Virus record (IMG/VR): IMGVR_UViG_3300018910_000023
Span: 1-54,610 of that record
Strand: one strand, 5' to 3'
Length of the DNA: 54,610 bases
DNA from: a virus
Lineage: Duplodnaviria > Caudoviricetes
The notes under the pieces: generated by a model
Seen by the model: only the letters and a program-made list of their open reading frames with translations
Database searches by the model: none
Told to the model about the DNA's origin: nothing
Part shown: positions 31,940 through 41,116 of the stretch, one piece after another
Numbering within the stretch: position 1 is the stretch's first letter
Layout: every line of letters begins with the position of its first letter
Program-made: the position numbers and the translations under genes

Positions 31940-33235
31940 TTACCTCCTCTCTCTATTTGGCCGCGGCCGGATTTTTGGTTTCTCCTTCAGATCGGTGACC
32001 TCGTAATCATCTAGGGCGTACCAGATGGCTGAAAGAGTGTGGGGATCGATCTTGAATTCATCTTCAATGATGTTTCCCAGCTTGTCCTTTTTATAGGTCA
32101 GTGGTTTGAGTTCAAAAATGGTGTTCCTGCATTGGTTGGAACAAATGATCTTTTTAAACCGCTTGATCTTTTTCGTATACTGTAGGCGCGAACCTTGATA
32201 CTTATGTGCTCCCACCATATTGAAACCCTGCTGCCGGAAATACTGAATCGTTTTAGGCTCCGCTGAATCAGCTTTGATAAGCTCCTGGGTTTTCTTGAAT
32301 TCTTGGAGTTCCTCTGCTGTTCGATCATCCGTCATTCCTCGCTTGTAATACTCCCAGTAGACATAAAGATATTTTTTCTTATGGTCCACCGCAAGCCGGA
32401 CAACTGCGTTATAGGATTCCTCAAAACCAAAGTCCATTCCTACCCGCTTGATGGGACGGTCAATGTTCGAGATGGCCTGCATCACTTCATCGTGTGGCCA
32501 CTCTTCAAACTGAGGAAAAACCCGAACCCCATTCACACCAAAATGACCTTTCCGGGCGATGCGGTAAAGGTCTGGATCGTATTCTTTCAGTTCATCCAGT
32601 TGCCTTACATAGCTTTCTGGCAGAAACAAATTATCGTCCGCCGTGGAATGATGATAGTATGTGTCATTTAAAACGATCGTTCGCTTTTCATACAGTTCTC
32701 TATCATCCAGGACAAATCGATTGTTCAGATCGTCTTTAAAGAAATGCTTATACGTCCAGTTGTCTTCCCCGACCGGATTCGTGGAAAAAATCATATGAAG
32801 CGGTAGCGTAGGATGCCGTAGACGGCCGAGAAGCTCTTTAAAGCCTTCATATTTGACCTCTGAACATTCCTCAATCCAAATGATCGAAATGTTATTGATC
32901 GATTTCAGTTTAGCCGGCTTATCCAGCCCCTTGAAGATGATCCGGCTGCCATTTGGAAACCTGACCTGCATTGGGGATGTCATACACCTCACGATATGAT
33001 CAATCTCTAAATCATTGATGATCTCTTCAAAAAGAGAGAATGTAGAATCCCGGTGAGTGTCATACACTTCACGAATGACTAATACTGTTCGTTTTTCTTC
33101 AAGAAGCTTCAAAATGAGCTTGAGAGCAATGTGATAGCTTTTGGATGATCCGTAACCGCCGACGAGCAGCTGAAATTTTTGATTCCAGTCAAAAAGAAAG
33201 TCTTCGAAATGCGGATTGACTTCTTTTACCGTCAT
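31940..33235 (-). CDS. xtmB: Terminase large subunit (PBSX family)
   Basis: GGYGSSKS Walker A, IWIEE Walker B, STNP, GMDFG. Confidence 0.95.
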   Translation of the reverse strand: MTVKEVNPHFEDFLFDWNQKFQLLVGGYGSSKSYHIALKLILKLLEEKRTVLVIREVYDTHRDSTFSLFEEIINDLEIDHIVRCMTSPMQVRFPNGSRIIFKGLDKPAKLKSINNISIIWIEECSEVKYEGFKELLGRLRHPTLPLHMIFSTNPVGEDNWTYKHFFKDDLNNRFVLDDRELYEKRTIVLNDTYYHHSTADDNLFLPESYVRQLDELKEYDPDLYRIARKGHFGVNGVRVFPQFEEWPHDEVMQAISNIDRPIKRVGMDFGFEESYNAVVRLAVDHKKKYLYVYWEYYKRGMTDDRTAEELQEFKKTQELIKADSAEPKTIQYFRQQGFNMVGAHKYQGSRLQYTKKIKRFKKIICSNQCRNTIFELKPLTYKKDKLGNIIEDEFKIDPHTLSAIWYALDDYEVTDLKEKPKIRPRPNRERR

Positions 33236-34101
33236 TTGCCGTCACCCTTACGAGTTATTGTGATATTCACAGAATTGTCCACAGGGCGGGCAGTCAAGCG
33301 TTCAAGCTCTGCCTGTTTCGTCTCGTTTGAAAGATAGATGCCGCGGAGCTTCAATTCATGCTCATCCATTAAGCAAATCATATCGTATTTCTGACGAATG
33401 GCTTTCAGCCGCTTATCCGTTACACGAGTGAGCGCCTCTTCAATGTTCAAGATGTCATCAATCGCCCTCATTTCGGTTTCTTCGATTTCAGTCACAACAA
33501 GACGCTCATTCATGACCGGGACTGGCTTAACAAGTCCGTTTTTATCCGGCGTCTGGACGATATCCTTTACCTTACGCATTTGTTGCAGCACGCGGCGCTG
33601 TTTTTCAGATAGACCGTTTTCTATCCGGCTGATCCGCTGCATCATTCTCCGCTCCCGAAGGCTCAACTCCCTGATCGTTAAATCAATTTGAAAGAGCGGG
33701 TCCGTTTCGATTTCTCCGAACAGCTGCCGCTCATCCTCATTTAAAAAATCCCACATGATCGTTTCATATTCGCCGGTACGAACGGAATTTTTATTCCCTT
33801 TTGGCGCGGCACCGCCCCTATTCCCTTTTGCATTTTCGTTTCCAGGTGGTGCCTTTCCGCCCTTGTTTCCTTTGGCGTTTTTGTTCCCTTTTGGAGCGCC
33901 AGGACGAAAAGAAGCGCTCCCATTCGATTTAGGAGCGCTCCCTTTGAATTTTTCTTCCCATTTATCTGTTGCTTTCCACTTGCGGACGGTGCTGCTTGAG
34001 ACGCCCAATTCATCCGCGATGTCTTTTAACTTCTTGGTTCCGCTGCTTTCTTTCCATAAACGGAACGCTTCGTCACGTCTTGGATCACGCGGTCTCGCCA
34101 T
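33232..34101 (-). CDS. xtmA: Terminase small subunit
   Basis: N-terminal HTH (KLKDIA..TVRKWK..DKW); APxGNxN repeats. Confidence 0.92.
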   Translation of the reverse strand: MARPRDPRRDEAFRLWKESSGTKKLKDIADELGVSSSTVRKWKATDKWEEKFKGSAPKSNGSASFRPGAPKGNKNAKGNKGGKAPPGNENAKGNRGGAAPKGNKNSVRTGEYETIMWDFLNEDERQLFGEIETDPLFQIDLTIRELSLRERRMMQRISRIENGLSEKQRRVLQQMRKVKDIVQTPDKNGLVKPVPVMNERLVVTEIEETEMRAIDDILNIEEALTRVTDKRLKAIRQKYDMICLMDEHELKLRGIYLSNETKQAELERLTARPVDNSVNITITRKGDGK

Positions 34102-34232
34102 TACATTTCACCCACCTCCGCAACCTGAATTGAGTTTGAGTTTGTTTTTAAAATGAGTATTATTTTCTGTTCCGAATAGGAGATGTCCCCCATAAAGAAG
34201 GCAAATTAGCTATCATAACCTTGTTTACGCAA

Positions 34233-34264
34233 ACAAAAATGAGATACCCAATATTGGATATCTC
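34233..34264 (-). terminator. Terminator upstream of terS
   Basis: GAGATATCCAA-TA-TTGGGTATCTC-ATTTTTGTTT. Confidence 0.6.
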
Positions 34265-34297
34265 TCCTCTCTATAAAAAATAACTTTTTGACCTTGA

Positions 34298-34588
34298 TTA
34301 ATATGGCATTCTTTTTTTATTACGAGTAAATATTTTTTGAACAATCACATGTAATTCATTTAGGTGGGGTTTAGACATAATAACCTGAGAAATATCGTTA
34401 GAGATTACTTTCCTATTTCCAATTTTAATCCCTTGATCATTAAAAACTTTCGCTACTTTACTTACATTTCCGTGGATAGCATACTCTTTAATGACTTTCT
34501 TTTCAAATGTATCTGCATCACACTCTTCTGTAAGCTTAATAAAATTGTTTAATTCCTTTACAGTTTGTTTTGCTTTTTCTAGATTCAT
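34298..34588 (-). CDS. Hypothetical protein with HTH-like segment
   Basis: RBS ggaggg; SKVAKVFNDQGIKIGNRK resembles the recombinase-domain helix. Confidence 0.7.
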   Translation of the reverse strand: MNLEKAKQTVKELNNFIKLTEECDADTFEKKVIKEYAIHGNVSKVAKVFNDQGIKIGNRKVISNDISQVIMSKPHLNELHVIVQKIFTRNKKRMPY

Positions 34589-34690
34589 GTTATTCCCTCC
34601 CACCATTATTATCGGACAATTGATTTTCTAATAGAACCCTTTGCAAAACTTGTCGAATAAAAGTCATCAGTTACTAACACAACATTAAAA

Positions 34691-34849
34691 TCAAATTTTC
34701 CGCCTAATCCGGCCATTTACCTTTCTGTATGTGTCCTTCTGAATCCCCATAATCTCTTCCCAGTCTTTTCTGGAAAGCTGCTCATTTTTAGCAGCGCAAG
34801 CATTCAGTTTCTTTTTATCATCAACAGACAAAAAATCTCTTAATTTCAT
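34691..34849 (-). CDS. Small basic phage protein (52 aa), absent from ORF track
   Basis: RBS aaggag; MKLRDFLSVDDKKKLNACAAKNEQLSRKDWEEIMGIQKDTYRKVNGRIRRKI. Confidence 0.7.
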   Translation of the reverse strand: MKLRDFLSVDDKKKLNACAAKNEQLSRKDWEEIMGIQKDTYRKVNGRIRRKI

Positions 34850-34863
34850 ACTCATTTCTCCTT

Positions 34864-35130
34864 ACCGAATAAACACCACCTTGCGCTATTCGCTTTTTTT
34901 ATTGAAATGGCTCCAGCAAATCTCCAGGAGGACGCTAAGATTTCAAGGAGCCATGTGAAGAAAATGACTTCCTGTTTAAACGGGATCTCACCGCTTGCGT
35001 TCCCCGTGACTATCGCGCGCAATACTGCATAGACTCCAGCCGCTCCTCCTGAAAAGCTGATGACCTTCATCATCATTCGATACATCCGAGTTCACACTTG
35101 ATAAGGGAAAGGTGCGTCTCCCATTCTGGC
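34864..35130 (-). ncRNA. Putative structured RNA in the late-operon leader
   Basis: Several stems with G-U pairs and a 9-nt pseudoknot pairing. Confidence 0.5.
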
Positions 35131-35134
35131 CATT

Positions 35135-35208
35135 AAAAAAGCGGCCACCAATCACCTGCACAACATCATGTGCAAAAGATTAGTGTCCGCAGGCTCTCCG
35201 TCTTGGAC
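35135..35208 (-). promoter_or_regulatory. Attenuator: 26-nt motif overlapping an intrinsic terminator (late leader)
   Basis: GTCCAAGACGGAGAGCCTGCGGACAC then TAATC...GATTGGTGGCCGC-TTTTTT. Confidence 0.7.
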
Positions 35209-35234
35209 TAATGTATTCACGTTCGTTTTCTTGT

Positions 35235-35297
35235 CTCTATCGTATGACAAAATGAAATAAAAAAAGTCCCCCAATTTATCCCCCTTTTTGTCGGATT
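35235..35297 (-). promoter_or_regulatory. Putative activator-dependent late promoter
   Basis: TACGAT -10 at 35239-35244, no -35, upstream GGGGGA direct repeats. Confidence 0.5.
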
Positions 35298-35316
35298 TTT
35301 ATCGAATTTGAAGTAT

Positions 35317-35351
35317 AAAAAAACCTTGAAAGGCAAAAGCATTTCAAGGTT
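35317..35351 (-). terminator. Terminator of the toxin-immunity operon
   Basis: AACCTTGAAA..TTTCAAGGTTTTTTT. Confidence 0.75.
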
Positions 35352-35360
35352 ACAAATGTT

Positions 35361-35855
35361 TTATTTAATTTTGTTGTTTTTCTCGTTGTGTATATCATTA
35401 ATGTCACATTTGGCAATATGAATTTCGTAACTCTTTTCTTCTGAAAATATTTGTGCAATAATCCCTGTCGACTTGTCAGCTATAATGAAATTTCGAGATT
35501 CTGAAGTTTGCCAAAGCTCTCCAATTGCCAAAGTGAAGTCAAGAACTTGAACATTTGCCCAAATTGGAAGAGGACAATTCGGAACAAGTATTAACCACTC
35601 TTTTTTTTCTTCTAAAAAATTTAGTGAGTTTATAAACCAAGAGATATAAGCTTCATTATCGTCTCCAATTGGTTTAGAATAAGTTGGCTTAGAATCGATT
35701 AAACTAAATTGTTCCAAAGGAGTTTCAAATACTTGTAACCACTGAGATTTAGAACTTTCAAACTCTATAAACACTAAATTAGAGAATTGTTCTAAAACTT
35801 TTTTTGCTTTCATAAATGCTATTTTTTCTTGAATGTTTTTTTGCCGATGTGTCAT
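35361..35855 (-). CDS. Putative immunity protein (YxiF-like) of the LXG toxin
   Basis: Directly downstream of the toxin; AT-rich. Confidence 0.75.
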   Translation of the reverse strand: MTHRQKNIQEKIAFMKAKKVLEQFSNLVFIEFESSKSQWLQVFETPLEQFSLIDSKPTYSKPIGDDNEAYISWFINSLNFLEEKKEWLILVPNCPLPIWANVQVLDFTLAIGELWQTSESRNFIIADKSTGIIAQIFSEEKSYEIHIAKCDINDIHNEKNNKIK

Positions 35856-35867
35856 TATAATCCCTCA

Positions 35868-37487
35868 TTACTTATTGTAATAAATATGATGGTCTCCATT
35901 AGAACCATAAATATTAGAATATCTTTTCTTCTTAAAGTCATAATTAAATGGATTCTCTTTTTCATTTGGCTTCCCTGCATGTGCATGCAATTTTCCGTCA
36001 TTTGTGTGTTCAGCAACGACCATTTTCCCGTTTGGTGTATCGTATTCATAGTAACGTCCATGATGGGTTGGATTTGAACTATATTCATAGTTTTTATAGT
36101 CTACACCCTTCTTAGTTACATCATCGCCAACCTGCCATTGACGTGTAGGTTGTTGTGACCTTGGGACTCCAGCTAAATCTTTTGCCTGATTGAGAGCTTC
36201 TTTTCTGTTAAGATTAGGCGTAGCATTAGCACTTCTCTCGGCATTCGAAACCCTTTTCGCCGTCTTCGCACCTTTATTCGCTTTGAAAACATATTTTCCT
36301 ACCTTGACTACTTTAGTAGCGGGTATGACAGAAACACCGGACAGGATACGGTCAGTGACGGATAGTTTTTCACCAGTCACAGGGTCAACACCTGTTATCG
36401 CTCTATAACCATCATAACCACCGGACAATTCTCCAACTGTGTCTTTAGCCCAATCAAGAGCTTTTTCAATGTCGCTTTTCTTCACTCTGCTTTCCGGTAT
36501 ACGACTGACAAGTTCGTATTTCACTTCACCGCCGGATATGTATTTTCGGACAATTTGACCGTTTGAATAAAGCATGTACGAACCGCCGACGAAGTCCTTG
36601 CCTGTACCGATTTCATCGGTGACATCCACAGAACCGAGCTTTTTGTATCCCTTCATATTATATACTTTGCCTTTGATGATGCGAATACCTGTATCAATCT
36701 TTTTAAAATGATCTGCTTTGGTAAGTGAATCGACTTCAGATTCTTCTTGATCGGACAATTTTTTTAGCATGATTTCCATCGGCGAAGGCTCAGCATTTTC
36801 TAACTCTCCCTTTAAACCGCCGACCGGACCGTTAATGTTTGTATTCTCATCCGGTTTTAAAATTGAGCCTTTTTTATAGCTTGTAATCTCGATTTTGGGG
36901 CCTGTGTACATTTTCTCAAGCTCTGTGATGTATTTTTGCATCGTTTCAAGGTCTTGTTCAGCAGTTTTAAGAGCGCTTGTCTGTTCGCGGTCAAAAGTGT
37001 GCAGCTTTTCAATTGTCTGATTGATTTCCTTTAATGCTTTCCTGTTCTGTTCGTGAAAATCGCTGTCATTCAAATCAGGCAAATCGACAATGTGGCTGAC
37101 TTTTGCGATCGTGGCATTTGTTTTAGATACCAAACGCTTCGTTGTGCGGTCGGCCGCATTCACCCCTTGTTCCAGCTCGTGTTCGAGAAAGGTTTGCGAA
37201 ATAAATCCGTTGTGGTTTGGTTCAAGAGAATTCAGCGAGCTTTTCAATTTCTTCAGCGTGGAACGATATTCCTCTATGAAAGTATCATAGAACCGCAAAA
37301 AAGGGGTGTGGCACTCCTCGTAAAAGGCGCGGATCGCGTCGCCGCCTTTTCCTTTTAAAGCATCATCAAGTGATGTAATGCCCTTAACACTTTTTTTGAC
37401 TTTGGCGATTTCGTCTGATTGATGTTTTAATTGTTCCAGCGTTTGATCAATGGCTTTGTGCAACGCCTGAACATCAAGAGTTTTCAT
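35868..37487 (-). CDS. LXG T7SS polymorphic toxin with PT-TG domain and C-terminal Tox-HNH-EHHH-like nuclease
   Basis: LDDALKGKGG LXG; AITGVDPVTGEKLS PT-TG; AKDLAGVPRSQQP..EH..H.H..HH. Confidence 0.9.
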   Translation of the reverse strand: MKTLDVQALHKAIDQTLEQLKHQSDEIAKVKKSVKGITSLDDALKGKGGDAIRAFYEECHTPFLRFYDTFIEEYRSTLKKLKSSLNSLEPNHNGFISQTFLEHELEQGVNAADRTTKRLVSKTNATIAKVSHIVDLPDLNDSDFHEQNRKALKEINQTIEKLHTFDREQTSALKTAEQDLETMQKYITELEKMYTGPKIEITSYKKGSILKPDENTNINGPVGGLKGELENAEPSPMEIMLKKLSDQEESEVDSLTKADHFKKIDTGIRIIKGKVYNMKGYKKLGSVDVTDEIGTGKDFVGGSYMLYSNGQIVRKYISGGEVKYELVSRIPESRVKKSDIEKALDWAKDTVGELSGGYDGYRAITGVDPVTGEKLSVTDRILSGVSVIPATKVVKVGKYVFKANKGAKTAKRVSNAERSANATPNLNRKEALNQAKDLAGVPRSQQPTRQWQVGDDVTKKGVDYKNYEYSSNPTHHGRYYEYDTPNGKMVVAEHTNDGKLHAHAGKPNEKENPFNYDFKKKRYSNIYGSNGDHHIYYNK

Positions 37488-37754
37488 AGCATTCTCCTCT
37501 AATACTAAAGTGACATACCTCGAAATATTTTACCACTTTATAGAAAGGAATTGGTGAATAAATCCTGTCAATCCATGAAAATGAATCTTATTGAGTAGGC
37601 CTTATACCCTAACATGTTCGACTTGTTATTTTCAAATGCCAAAAAAGGAAAATCATTGTCAAAAAATGATCCTTTATGTAAAATGAAACATATGCAGAAA
37701 AAGGAAATGAATAAGTTAAATTTTTTGAATATTTAAAACGAATAAATAGAAAGG

Positions 37755-38864
37755 ATGATAGGTTTGAGTACGATAGCATTCGAGGAAGTCGGCCAAGCCA
37801 TAAACGACTGGTATAAAGCCATCAAACAGCATGACTTTTCCAAAGCCGCAGCCATGAGGGAAGAAATCGAAAACACGTTGCCGAACATGGCAGAGAATCA
37901 AACCGTGTTACTATACTTCAACCTAATTGATTCACGCTATAAGCTAATGACAGAGGATTATGACGAATCCGGAGCATTACTGGATAAAGTAAAAGCCAGA
38001 GCCTTAGAAAATAGTACTGATGACATGATTCAATATTATTTTTATTTCTTCTCTGGCATGTATGAATTCCATCAAAAGCGTTATGCGAAAGCCATTATGA
38101 TATACAAAATTGCTGAAGAGCGCTTAAAAAAAATACCTGACGAAATTGAAAAAGCCGAATTTCATTACTACCTGTCAAAAGCATATTTTCAAATCAATCA
38201 GGAAGTATTCTCGATTACCCATGCTAAAATTGCTTATGACACATTTAAAGCGCATGAAAGCTATAAAGAAAAAACGATCAACTGTGAAATCATGTTAGGT
38301 TCAAATAAGCTCGATCTTTTGCTTTATGGGGAGGCACAAAAACACTACGAAAATGCAAAACGTATCGCGGAAGAAAACGGCTTCCGACTCACCGAAAGTT
38401 TCGCTCTTTTTAACCTTGGGGTCTGTTTTGAACGTCAGAAAATGTTCATCGAATCTTCAAATTGCTTCAAACAAGCATTAAGCATCCCTGAACATTTAGA
38501 ATCGTTTGCCGCCGTCCGTTCAACTTACATGTTGAGCAAAGTTCTGTTTCAATTGGGAGCTTGCGATGTTGCCTTATCATGGTATGAAAAGGCATTGAAA
38601 AGAGCGACAGATGAAGGAGAACAAGAGTATCTGGCGAAATTAAATATTGTATACGCTTTGTATGCGGAGCAAAATGACCAAGAGGTAAGAAAAAATATCG
38701 CAATTCTCGAAGAAATGGAGCTTTGGACAGAAATCGCCGATCTCACAATGGAAATCGCTGAATACTATAAGAGTGAGGCTGACTATGAAAAAGCCGCATA
38801 TTACTTTGAACACAGTCATTTTGCGAAAGACAAAATCATCAAAATATCGGAGGCGTTATTGTGA
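37755..38864 (+). CDS. rap: Rap-family TPR regulator (aspartate phosphatase)
   Basis: VGQAINDWY, MAENQ.VLLYFNL, YYFYFFSG, IPDEIEKAEFHY. Confidence 0.93.
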   Translation: MIGLSTIAFEEVGQAINDWYKAIKQHDFSKAAAMREEIENTLPNMAENQTVLLYFNLIDSRYKLMTEDYDESGALLDKVKARALENSTDDMIQYYFYFFSGMYEFHQKRYAKAIMIYKIAEERLKKIPDEIEKAEFHYYLSKAYFQINQEVFSITHAKIAYDTFKAHESYKEKTINCEIMLGSNKLDLLLYGEAQKHYENAKRIAEENGFRLTESFALFNLGVCFERQKMFIESSNCFKQALSIPEHLESFAAVRSTYMLSKVLFQLGACDVALSWYEKALKRATDEGEQEYLAKLNIVYALYAEQNDQEVRKNIAILEEMELWTEIADLTMEIAEYYKSEADYEKAAYYFEHSHFAKDKIIKISEALL

Positions 38865-38989
38865 AGAAAAAAACCATTCTGTTCAGTCTGCTTACTGTTT
38901 CAGCTTTATTGCTGGCCGCTCCCTTAACACAAGATACAGCCTTTTCAAACAAACCTATTCAAATCACTGAAAAACCAATATCCATCTAA
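38861..38989 (+). CDS. phr: Phr signalling pre-pro-peptide (42 aa), absent from ORF track
   Basis: GTG overlaps rap stop; RBS ggagg; MKKKTILFSLLTVSALLLAAPLTQDTAFSNKPIQITEKPISI. Confidence 0.88.
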   Translation: MKKKTILFSLLTVSALLLAAPLTQDTAFSNKPIQITEKPISI

Positions 38990-39066
38990 AAAGGGATCTT
39001 ATTGAGAAGAAAATTTTAATGGCAACGGGATTAACAGCAAGTTATTGAAAGTGTGCACTTTGGTTT

Positions 39067-39099
39067 AAAAATAGCGGACTCAGGAGAGTCTGCTTTTTT
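39067..39099. terminator. Bidirectional terminator
   Basis: aaaaat-agcggactc-agga-gagtctgct-tttttt. Confidence 0.75.
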
Positions 39100-39109
39100 G
39101 TTACAGCCC

Positions 39110-39493
39110 TCAGATAATCCCAAGAGCTGTCGCCAAATTATAGATGGCCCGCCGTTTGACCTGATAGTATTTGTCCTTTTTCAGCCCCATCTCCATATAA
39201 ATCTCAATGTCCTTTATTTTTTGGGGAGAGAGATACTTGGCCTTTATAATCTTTAATTCCTCATCATCAAGGCTTTGTTTAAGTGCCCTGTCCATCTGAC
39301 AAACTTTCAATTCATTTAAAGAGTGCTGGTCTCTGAGCTGCGGGAAAAGGTTATTCATCCCGGCTGCTTCCCGTTCTTTCCGGTTTTCAAGCTGAACCTT
39401 TAAAGCCTTATATCTTTTCAGCTCACTTATAATCATATTTCTGACTTCTTTTTCATCTATAGGCGGCAAAAAAGTCAATTGTGTAGCTGACAC
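39110..39493 (-). CDS. ArpU-family late transcriptional activator (YqaQ-like)
   Basis: LDDEE..II..KYL..KD..IY..YYQVKRRAI..LA. Confidence 0.88.
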   Translation of the reverse strand: MSATQLTFLPPIDEKEVRNMIISELKRYKALKVQLENRKEREAAGMNNLFPQLRDQHSLNELKVCQMDRALKQSLDDEELKIIKAKYLSPQKIKDIEIYMEMGLKKDKYYQVKRRAIYNLATALGII

Positions 39494-39507
39494 GCTAAAT
39501 CCCCCCT

Positions 39508-39577
39508 AAAAACAAAACAGACACCAAATAAACGCTATAAACGTCGATTTGGTGTCCGCAGGCTCTCCGTCTTGGAC
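39508..39577 (-). promoter_or_regulatory. Attenuator: second copy of the 26-nt motif overlapping a terminator, upstream of arpU
   Basis: GTCCAAGACGGAGAGCCTGCGGACAC-CAAAT...ATTTGGTGTCT-GTTTTGTTTTT. Confidence 0.7.
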
Positions 39578-39583
39578 GATAAT

Positions 39584-40801
39584 TTAATTGAGAAATGTCA
39601 CATCTGTCTGTAATAACTCAATATCATAAGCATCAAAGAAATCAATTAATTCTTCTTTAATATTCAGCCTATCATCATTGTCAAACTCATCATTGACCTC
39701 TAATACTACCTTGCAATATAAGAATGTAATTGATTTATCGTACTCTAAAGGTTCAAGTCTGGTCATTTTTCGATGAAAAAACTCATCAAATAAATCTACC
39801 ATATCCTCTTCAGGTAAGTCATCTCTTGTTACAAATGAAATATGAATTTTAGTTAATTCATCTCTATTTTTCATAGCCAAATCGCGCTCAAAATCTGATT
39901 GATAAAAATTGTAGTAAGTACTAATTTCTTTGACTTCAGATGCTGCATTTTTATCCACTATATCTTCATTTCTTTCAATAAAACCAATGGAACTAAACAT
40001 ATAAAATTGCTTCCCTGTGTTAAAATAAAATTCATTCAGCAACTCTATTCTTGGTCCTATTATTTGCCCTTTTAATTTATACCACCAATCTTCTTTCTGC
40101 TCATCAGTTAGAAAAATAACGTTTGCATTTTTTTCCTTTGCATAGTCTATTACTTGCTTCCATAATATAAAATCTCCGTATTTATCTTGTAACATAAGTT
40201 CATTAAAGTACTTGATTCCAGATTTCTTTTTAAAATCCTTATATCCTGGAGGTATATCATTTATAAAACGTTTATCTGCTTCTTTTTCCAGCTCTAAGAT
40301 TTTTTCTTTACTGAAGGGATTACCTACTCGGTTATCATATAACTTTGTAATTTTATCTTTGATAAAATCATTTCTTAACAAATCGGGTTCGTGTTTTATG
40401 TTCTCTTTCAATTCTCCAACTTGTTTCTCACTTACATTTCTTAAATTTGAAATAAACAATTCTATATCTTCTTTATGTCTTTTTTTGAAATCCTTTAGAT
40501 CTTCGTTAAGAATGTTCCTTATTTTATCAAATATTTTTTCAAAAGAATCACATACTTTTTGATATGAATCTTTTTGTTCTGTTATTACTTTTTTCCTGTT
40601 GTAATGATATTCCAAAGCCACTTGATGTGGCATCCAAAGTTGATGTTCATATTTCTCAAGTAAAGTCAATATCTGATTAGTTGTATCTCTTGAATACCGA
40701 TAAAGATTTAAAAGAACATTAGTATCTAATACGATTATTGAATTTACCCAAATGTTCTCATCATCTTTTTCAAAATAAAACTCTTTAAAAGAATCTTTCA
40801 T
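39584..40801 (-). CDS. PIN-like domain protein (PIN_8/DUF4935 type)
   Basis: IVLDTNVLLNLYR, PHQVALEY, PPGYKD, GDFILW, TDEQKEDWW. Confidence 0.88.
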   Translation of the reverse strand: MKDSFKEFYFEKDDENIWVNSIIVLDTNVLLNLYRYSRDTTNQILTLLEKYEHQLWMPHQVALEYHYNRKKVITEQKDSYQKVCDSFEKIFDKIRNILNEDLKDFKKRHKEDIELFISNLRNVSEKQVGELKENIKHEPDLLRNDFIKDKITKLYDNRVGNPFSKEKILELEKEADKRFINDIPPGYKDFKKKSGIKYFNELMLQDKYGDFILWKQVIDYAKEKNANVIFLTDEQKEDWWYKLKGQIIGPRIELLNEFYFNTGKQFYMFSSIGFIERNEDIVDKNAASEVKEISTYYNFYQSDFERDLAMKNRDELTKIHISFVTRDDLPEEDMVDLFDEFFHRKMTRLEPLEYDKSITFLYCKVVLEVNDEFDNDDRLNIKEELIDFFDAYDIELLQTDVTFLN

Positions 40802-41116
40802 TCTACTCCGCCTTATTTAATATTTTATACACATAACTTCATATACATATAATTATATATTGCATGGAATTTAAGTCAATATTTTCTACACTTGATCAAT
40901 ATCAGTTCAAATCATCATTTGAATGAATATGCAACTCCGCTTTAGTGTCAAAGTTAACAACAAAAGCCCCTAATCAATCCAAAGAACGTAGCTCGATCTT
41001 TAAATTCCGGTCGGTGGCATGGTTTGCCAACAATAGGTATTTAAATTAACGAAGATTGATTTTATTGACTTCATTTCATTCCCTCTGGGCAGAGAGGGAA
41101 TGAAGCCTCTCCTCAT

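Noticed and set aside
34852-35085. 77-aa ORF from the track
   Set aside because: No RBS, and it coincides with dense RNA structure; probably spurious, though not excluded
38773-38970. 65-aa ORF after rap
   Set aside because: Wrong frame; the Phr at 38861-38989 explains the region
37755-38989. Arbitrium (AimR/AimP) system
   Set aside because: The receptor has a Rap-type N-terminal bundle and Rap motifs rather than an HTH; the peptide is Phr-like; no aimX-like layout is evident
40870-41110. Possible gene remnant and hairpin upstream of the PIN gene
   Set aside because: No coherent reading frame; the hairpin lacks a T tract
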